A stretch of DNA of 64,000 nt, from NCBI GenBank assembly GCA_030605795.1, contig JAUWHR010000005.1:338-64337 (forward strand). Direction: 5' to 3'. Source of the DNA: Anaerolineae bacterium (GTDB lineage: Bacteria > Chloroflexota > Anaerolineae > Anaerolineales > E44-bin32). The notes beneath the pieces were generated by a model. That model was given only the letters and a program-made list of their open reading frames with translations. It was not told the origin of the DNA and searched no databases. The position numbers were made by a program, and so were the translations under genes. Below, one piece after another: positions 57,885-64,000 of the stretch (its first letter is position 1; every line of letters starts with the position of its first letter).

Positions 57885-60821
57885 CTACTCATCGTCCTGC
57901 TGATGTCCTTCATCAGGGTATATATAATCAACATCGGCTAAGAACTCCTCTTCCCACCCATTCTTAATCTCCCGGCCCATGAGAACCTCACTCGCCTCAG
58001 CAGCCGCATCTCCGTTTGGGGCTGTAGAACGGGCATCACCTTCAACACTCCATGGAAGGTCCACTTCGCCGACCGCCTCCTCAAAACCGCTTCTCTCTTT
58101 AGAGCCTCCCAGCAATACACCAGCTGCCTGAGAGGACGAAGCAGATGCAGACAACCGCGAACCAGATGATGTAACTCCACTGCTCAGAACGGTCGCTCCA
58201 TATTGATCGAAGTATGTGAGCATTTCCATGGCCCTTTGCCTGGCAACTTCGTGCGGCAAACTGTACTCCGCCCTCATCGCCCTCACCCTCTCAGCCATCA
58301 TTTCATCCTTCTCCGGAGGGGGTTCGCTCTCAAAGTAAAAAGGTCTGCTCAGCCGCCCATCCTCTCGCTCAAGACGTACGTAAGCCTTATACGGTTCTAA
58401 GCTAATGAGTGTGTCTGCCCCCGGTCCGCCTCTTTCCCGACTAAGTTCCAGCCTAGAAATGTAATCCGCATCATCACCATTTATATTGAAGGCGAACAAG
58501 GAGTACACACCGCTAAGGATGATCTCGGGTATATTTATGTCCTGCTTCCGCAGGCTCGCCAATGACTGTGTACCCAGGATCATCCGTCCGCCATATTTAC
58601 GCATTTGCTGTATTAGTTCCGCCCACGGGACGCCTGTGAAAGTTTGGAACTCGTCTATGACCACCATAACCGGCACCCGGCTATCTGCAAATCTTTCCCC
58701 CTGACGCACAAGTTCCCTCAACAGGACGTTTATCATCAAGGAGCCAACAAAATCGCTGATCTCCGACCCATATTTGCTCATACCGGTGTTGATCACTAAC
58801 AGCTTCCGTTCCCTGATCACCTCCGCAATGTCTAGCTTTGACTGAGGGCAACTGAACAAGGCCAACATTGGATCTTCTTCAAACCTGTACGCTTTCGAAA
58901 GCACGGGTTGAATCACCTGTTCCCTGAAATGACGGCTGAGCGTTTCGTAGTCATCCAAAAAGTAGTGGGCTAATTTCATCCTGTGCTGACTGCCCTCAAG
59001 TTCGGTCCGAATGAAATTCTTTCTAACATCTGGATGTGCGCTCAGGATTGCAGATAGCTGCGACAGACCCAGACAATCGTCATCAGGCCGCTGTTCATTT
59101 GCTGCTACAAGGAGCTGAACTCCCCGCTTTAGCGGAATCTGCATTCGTGGTCCCCAATAATCCGACCACAGCGCCTTTCCAATATCCACAACCGAGTTTG
59201 TGACTTCGATAACTCCCCACCCTACACGATGGACGTCCAATGGGTTGAATGTGAGGGTATATTCTTGATCTCCCACATCTAGTATCCTGACCCGCTCAGC
59301 GTCCTCGGGGTCGATCGCTCCGATAAGCTGGTTGACCAGGTCTCCGTGTGGATCAATAACAATAACCGCCGGGTTTTCTTCGTCCCTCATCCCTGCCAGG
59401 GAAAGATGCAGCATCAGTGTCGATTTCCCCACCCCAGGTTTCCCAACGCAAAATAGATTGTGCTGCATCGCTTTCGACGATATTCGAACCGGCTTCTCAC
59501 CGCCATCGGCTGTGAAATACTTGCCAATCTGGTAGAACCCCTTCACGTCCTCTGGATCCGGCGATCGCATCTCCACACCACGGACAGGGACGAGTCCGGG
59601 TGAGACCCGGCCATTAACCATCGGGGGGTGCCACAGGCCGGCCACTTCATCGGGCCCAAGCCACATCCATCCCTCTTGGCGGTCAATAAAATGTACCGGC
59701 CATGTTCCAATCCCTTCGAATGGATCAACTGCGATTTGGAAGCGATTCCCGCCCGCAAGCGAATACTGCGCCATCGCACTATCCAGACGTTCGGCCAACG
59801 CTCTTGCCTTATCGAGTGTCGCCGCCCATACACTGGCGCGTACAGCCACCTGGTAGAACATGTCCTGATGAACCACCTTCTGGCGGACCAGGGAGAGGTC
59901 CGCTCCATGCCAGGGATCGTCGTCTTTGCTGACGAAACGCAGCAGTATGCCGCCTCCCGCGATCACAAGAAGAGACAATAATATAAATGGCAGCCACTTT
60001 TCCTGGATGGCGAAGAGGATGGCCACGAGGGCTATCAATATCACCATCAAGAAAACGCCGCCCTTTGCCATAGACAGGCTTTGCGGCATTGGAACCTGAG
60101 AGAAGGTTGGCGTCGTAGTTGCAGTTAACCCGTTGGCATTTACGGTGTACCCGCGCTGTGCCTCAAGCTTCAGGCGGCGCTGTATAGCCTCTAACCAGGG
60201 AGGTTTACCCTTCCTCGCAATGAGGAATTGGAGCCAGACTTTCTCATCTGGCATCAATCCAAGAGTGGTTGCCAGCAATGTATGAACCGGATCCCCGTGG
60301 CGAAAGGACATCCAGGTACGTATAGGTAAATATGAAGCAGCCCCGAGGGTGAATGAGAAATTAAAACGGCTTATCGATTTATGTCCCCCGTTCGATTGCA
60401 TCGGATCCTGGTCTAGAATGCGCAAAACAGCGCTTGGCCACAGGCTTTGAACCTTGCCTGCCATGAATTTCAAGCTGTCTTCAGTCCCTCTCACAAGCAT
60501 GACCCGTCGATCCCCGACGCCGTAAATTTCGAGCGATATGGGTAACGGCATTGAAGTGATGAACTGCCCCACAGCTTCTTCATCTACTTCGTTATGCGCT
60601 GGTAGCTGCAGCTCAGCTACCTTTTCTTCATTGATAGCGCCAGCTCCGGATACCGCTGTACCCGGGTTCTTGGTAATCGAGTCAAATATCCATTGGCTGT
60701 CTATTGCTCTCAGGGTGGCCCCACAGTGGTGACATCGCATTCCCTGGGAAGCCCCTTCTTCAAGCGTGCAAGTTGTATGACCATGGGGACATGCGACCTT
60801 CGGCTCAGAAAACATAATCAC
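57885..60821 (-). CDS. TraD/VirD4/FtsK-like P-loop NTPase with N-terminal zinc ribbon and TM pair
   Basis: 978 aa. CPHGH..CHHCG ribbon. Two TMs (VFLMVILIALVAILFAI, PFILLSLLVIAGGGILL). Walker A FCVGKPGVGKST and Walker B VMVVIDEFQTF. Acidic Ser-rich tail. Confidence 0.7.
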   Translation of the reverse strand: MIMFSEPKVACPHGHTTCTLEEGASQGMRCHHCGATLRAIDSQWIFDSITKNPGTAVSGAGAINEEKVAELQLPAHNEVDEEAVGQFITSMPLPISLEIYGVGDRRVMLVRGTEDSLKFMAGKVQSLWPSAVLRILDQDPMQSNGGHKSISRFNFSFTLGAASYLPIRTWMSFRHGDPVHTLLATTLGLMPDEKVWLQFLIARKGKPPWLEAIQRRLKLEAQRGYTVNANGLTATTTPTFSQVPMPQSLSMAKGGVFLMVILIALVAILFAIQEKWLPFILLSLLVIAGGGILLRFVSKDDDPWHGADLSLVRQKVVHQDMFYQVAVRASVWAATLDKARALAERLDSAMAQYSLAGGNRFQIAVDPFEGIGTWPVHFIDRQEGWMWLGPDEVAGLWHPPMVNGRVSPGLVPVRGVEMRSPDPEDVKGFYQIGKYFTADGGEKPVRISSKAMQHNLFCVGKPGVGKSTLMLHLSLAGMRDEENPAVIVIDPHGDLVNQLIGAIDPEDAERVRILDVGDQEYTLTFNPLDVHRVGWGVIEVTNSVVDIGKALWSDYWGPRMQIPLKRGVQLLVAANEQRPDDDCLGLSQLSAILSAHPDVRKNFIRTELEGSQHRMKLAHYFLDDYETLSRHFREQVIQPVLSKAYRFEEDPMLALFSCPQSKLDIAEVIRERKLLVINTGMSKYGSEISDFVGSLMINVLLRELVRQGERFADSRVPVMVVIDEFQTFTGVPWAELIQQMRKYGGRMILGTQSLASLRKQDINIPEIILSGVYSLFAFNINGDDADYISRLELSRERGGPGADTLISLEPYKAYVRLEREDGRLSRPFYFESEPPPEKDEMMAERVRAMRAEYSLPHEVARQRAMEMLTYFDQYGATVLSSGVTSSGSRLSASASSSQAAGVLLGGSKERSGFEEAVGEVDLPWSVEGDARSTAPNGDAAAEASEVLMGREIKNGWEEEFLADVDYIYPDEGHQQDDE

Positions 60822-61506
60822 CCCCGGTTCTTATCCAAGAGAGTGGGCTGGTACGTTTCACAATAGCCGCGGAATGCGGTGGGGAAATTAAATAAGATGA
60901 GGCATGGTGACCCGCGCGCATCGTTTCGCAAACCATTCCCAAATCTTGTATTCCTCCAGCGGTGTTAAAACCGCTTAATTTGGAGCCTTTTATTCGATTG
61001 TACGAGAAAAAACCACACATGAACGTGACCAAAGTGTCCACGAAAGTGTTACCTTACCGTTCCCTTCCATGCGAGGTTATCTTCCACGACCTCGGCAATC
61101 TGGAATTGTGTCCACCGCCAAACCGATGGATGACGACGTCATATGTAATGTTTGAAAGGGGGAATTAACTATCTTGGTGGGTTAGAAGGTGTAGTGTGGT
61201 TTTTATTGTGTAAATACAGTCTTGATTAAAGTACGAGACACAAGAATTGTTCCTTGATGGCGAAGCTCACAGGATGACCCTGGAAGGAGATTCTGATATC
61301 TCAAATTGAGGATACTTTTACTGGATTGAACCCGCCGTAAGCCATAGCCGTGGCCATCGTCTTTGCCTCATGGGCTGGTTGGTACCGCCGTCAAAGCGCC
61401 CAGCCGAGGATGACCGGGTGCTGCGCCTCTTCGCGGGAGCGGTTGAGGTGATGAAATTTCACCACCGCGCTTATGTGCTGCAATCGCTCCACCATCCTGA
61501 TCCCAT

Positions 61507-61791
61507 TTAGTTCAAGCTTGGATCTCGGGTAGGCAGCTTGCCCAGCGCGCCCTCGCTGGCAGCGAGTATCTCCGCCGTCAACTCGCCGGGCAGTTCTGCC
61601 ACAAGTCGGCGGAGGTTGTGGCGGTAAGCTGTGAGACAGATACATCGAGCAGCCGACTCGATCCACCCAAAGCCGCCGGTATGCTCTGCTACGGCCTCCA
61701 GTGCTTCCACGGCCCTCACCAATGAGCGACCGTGCGCTACGGCGTTGGCCAGCACATCCGGCGAATCGGTTTTCATCATCTTACACCTCAC
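61507..61791 (-). CDS. Hypothetical helical protein
   Basis: 94-aa ORF. A second overlapping frame (61391-61666) may be its frameshifted continuation. No family recognised. Confidence 0.25.
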   Translation of the reverse strand: MRCKMMKTDSPDVLANAVAHGRSLVRAVEALEAVAEHTGGFGWIESAARCICLTAYRHNLRRLVAELPGELTAEILAASEGALGKLPTRDPSLN

Positions 61792-62319
61792 ACAACATTA
61801 TCCTGTAGTATGGAAAAACCCAATCCGGATGGATCATGCGGCAAGCCGGTAGTAGTCATTGACAATTCCCCCGAGTACATCTCGCCGTGCGACGGATCCT
61901 GTCCCATTAGGTCTCATAATGGGTATTGGAGTCCTGTGATGGCCGAAAATGTACATCCGTTCTAGAAAATGTGCCAGAAAATAATCTGAGCGATACGATC
62001 ACGGTCCTGAAATCCCGAAAGGAAAGATTGACCCTTGTTTCATTCTACAGAACCCCTCCAGAGCATCATTATCGGACTCGCATGTCCAGAGTGAAGCGTG
62101 GGAACCTCAGGATCCAGATGTTCTTTATTGGAATCCAGTAATCGAGGGTCCGGATAGTAAGGCTGAATTAGTGTGGGCGACCATTGAATGCACCTACGTC
62201 CTCCCAGATGTCAGGGTTCCCTCTATTCCTTTTGGGTCTAAGAAAATGAATTCAAAGATTTGAAAAGCCTGACAGTCTACGTTTCGTCCGGGGGGCTGAA
62301 ATTCGGAGTTCAAGAGCAA

Positions 62320-62366
62320 GGCTCATAACCCCCAGGTTACAGGTTCTAATCCTGTACAAGGGGGCT
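62320..62366 (+). other. tRNA-like 3' fragment (anticodon loop CTCATAA to acceptor)
   Basis: CTCATAA-CCCCC-AGGTT-ACAGG-TTCTAAT-CCTGT-ACAAGGG. The T-arm folds, but no 5' half pairs with the anticodon or acceptor stems. Confidence 0.4.
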
Positions 62367-62376
62367 TGGAAGAGAA

Positions 62377-62398
62377 AAGGCACCCTTTCAGGTGCCTT
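62377..62398 (-). terminator. 8-bp perfect hairpin between the two tRNA fragments
   Basis: AAGGCACC-ctttca-GGTGCCTT. On the minus strand it is followed by TTTTCTCTTCC. Confidence 0.5.
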
Positions 62399-62400
62399 AA

Positions 62401-62444
62401 GGTAGCGGGGCTCAGATTCGAACTGAGGACCTTCAGGTTATGAG
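62401..62444 (-). tRNA. tRNA-Met (CAT) 3' half only
   Basis: Reverse complement reads CTCATAA-CCTGA-AGGTC-CTCAG-TTCGAAT-CTGAG-CCCCGCT-A-CC. The sequence 5' of the anticodon loop (TAGTA) cannot pair, and the D-arm and acceptor 5' strand are absent. Confidence 0.65.
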
Positions 62445-62672
62445 TACTAACCCTAAAAAGGGTACCTTGGACCGTCAGGCTGGTGTCCAAGGGTGGCCTT
62501 GCGATTTTCGACTACTCGGAACCCAGCGAGCATTAGTTTCAATTATCCTACACGCGGAGAGTCAATCTAGCAAGTGCAGCCATGGTATAGGACAGGAACG
62601 TCAATAACCTCACCTTCATTCCTCTGTGTTGGACTTGCAAGTTGAATCTGCGATCTCCAATAAGTATCCTTC

Positions 62673-63956
62673 TTAAGTATTCTCTAGTCTCCTTATCTTT
62701 CGGTTCCGCCAAGTCCACAAGGCGAGCACTGAAATCATTAATCCAGAGATAATAAAAATCAAGCCAATTCCCCTACTATCTCCTATTCCAATAATGGAAA
62801 CAACGGTTCCTGCCAATTTTCCATTTACTTTTAGGAGAGGATTAAAAACTTTATCTGCCAGGAAACCAGCTACAACAAAAGCCACAATAGAACCAAGGTA
62901 AGTAATTGTCGAAATAATCGACCAAACACGTCCTTGTTTTTTGTTATCAATATTTTTTCGAATCAAAACTTCGATTGATGTATTAACAAAAGGTAAGACG
63001 GCGAAGAACATGAAACCCGCCATGGTAATAAAGATGATGCTTGTTGAGAATCCGAGATTCGCAAAAAATAGACCAGCCAAGAATAACGAAATGGACAATG
63101 CTTTCACGTGTTTACTTTTACTACCAAACAAACCGATGAATAAACTCCCAATTATCATACCGGATGCGCAGATAGACTGTGTAATCCCCGCAGTTTTTGT
63201 ACTGGATAATGAAAGAAGCATAGGAACAAAGAGTGATTGCAATAACCCTACAAAAAATAAAACGATCATTGTGATACCAACTAGCCAAACGACACCTTTG
63301 TTCTTAGAAAATTCATAAATACCTTCTTTGAAGTCGGCAATAAAGGTTTGTTTTGGTTGTTCTGTTTTGGTTGTTCCTAAAGTTTTTCTTATCCAGATAA
63401 TAATAACACTAGCAATCAAAAAGGTAGAGATATCAATTATAAAAATAGATTTAATATCAATTATCGTTAGTAAAATTCCTGCCAAAAATGGTGAAATCAG
63501 ATATTGAGCTGAGCTGGCTAGTTGCATTAAGCCACTGGCTTTAGCATATTGAGCCTTGGGAATTAGGTCGGTAACCAAAGCTTTGTAAGCTGGCTCCTGA
63601 AAAGCAGAAAATATCGAACTTATTGCAATTCCGAAATAAATATGCCAGAGATGAATATTACCTTTTAGCATCATAAAAAAAATAAAGAGTAAACCAAGCG
63701 TTGCCCCCAGGTCACCAATCAGCATCATTAAACGTCGGTCATAACGATCCGCCAAGATACCACCTAAAGGTTTTAGCAGAAATGGCGGTAGAAAAACACA
63801 AAGAAGTATGAAAGTGTAACTTGAAACCGCATGAGTCTGTTGATAAACATATACCCCCAGGGAGAAGATAGTAAGACCACTACCGATCATTGAGATAAAT
63901 TCTCCAAACCAAATGAGGAGAAATGTTGAAGAAAGATTCTTTGATTTGTGTTCCAT
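62673..63956 (-). CDS. MFS transporter (EntS/Mef-like subfamily)
   Basis: 427 aa, 12 TM. GGILADRYDRR motif. Visibly AT-rich compared with the rest of the window. Confidence 0.85.
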   Translation of the reverse strand: MEHKSKNLSSTFLLIWFGEFISMIGSGLTIFSLGVYVYQQTHAVSSYTFILLCVFLPPFLLKPLGGILADRYDRRLMMLIGDLGATLGLLFIFFMMLKGNIHLWHIYFGIAISSIFSAFQEPAYKALVTDLIPKAQYAKASGLMQLASSAQYLISPFLAGILLTIIDIKSIFIIDISTFLIASVIIIWIRKTLGTTKTEQPKQTFIADFKEGIYEFSKNKGVVWLVGITMIVLFFVGLLQSLFVPMLLSLSSTKTAGITQSICASGMIIGSLFIGLFGSKSKHVKALSISLFLAGLFFANLGFSTSIIFITMAGFMFFAVLPFVNTSIEVLIRKNIDNKKQGRVWSIISTITYLGSIVAFVVAGFLADKVFNPLLKVNGKLAGTVVSIIGIGDSRGIGLIFIISGLMISVLALWTWRNRKIRRLENT

Positions 63957-64000
63957 TATATTTTTGGCTCCTTGCTATTTCTTGTCGATAAGTTGTACTT

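Noticed and set aside
61800-62160. Minus-strand fragment ..LAHFLERMYIFGHHRTPIPI.. reminiscent of a metallophosphoesterase C-terminus (GHxH).
   Set aside because: Only about 45 codons are open, the upstream frames are broken, and the single short motif is not sufficient evidence.
62291-62366. Intact plus-strand tRNA-Met.
   Set aside because: The five nucleotides before the anticodon loop (CAAGG) pair with only 2 of 5 partners. The 3' acceptor strand ACAAGGG has no complementary 5' strand; GGGGGCT at 62291 is a direct repeat, not an inverted one.

Overview
Mosaic accessory region from a moderately GC-rich bacterium. The taxon cannot be assigned from sequence alone. All calls are by-eye motif recognition on the ORF track and the raw sequence; no searches were run. 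There are five blocks. (1) 1-7.6 kb is a toxin-antitoxin island with two RES toxins, VapBC, an HTH/nucleotidyltransferase pair and RadC, plus a decayed methyltransferase-like gene. (2) 7.6-15.5 kb is mobile-DNA debris: an ORF-less group II intron-like RNA, a YhaM-type nuclease, a dnaE C-terminal remnant, and an IS30 remnant cut by a Tn3-family end whose tnpA is in turn cut by an rve-type IS. (3) 15.5-35.1 kb is a co-directional sugar locus. It combines a ROK regulator, a FucI-like isomerase, an ABC importer and a YeiH-type exporter with archaeal-type GAPDH and PGK, an orphan HprK-like kinase and phosphosulfolactate synthase ComA. It continues with PfkA, an aldolase-like TIM barrel, GH4, a LarA-family racemase and a disrupted glpK. 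I read this as a candidate undescribed sulfoglycolysis route that ends in ComA-mediated C-S cleavage; it is the main finding. (4) 35.1-62.3 kb is an integrative or conjugative-type element. It holds two tyrosine recombinases (one dead), DUF3800, a TPR protein, VapC, and a 14-kb minus-strand operon. That operon encodes a TraD/FtsK-like ATPase, a replication-relaxation protein, a Cas4-like nuclease, DUF192, a two-component system, a DnaB-like ATPase and a prepilin peptidase. (5) From 62.3 kb there are two convergent tRNA-Met 3' fragments around a hairpin, then a visibly AT-rich MFS gene. A recurring oddity is that at least five decayed genes keep one reading frame and are broken mainly by in-frame stop codons rather than indels.
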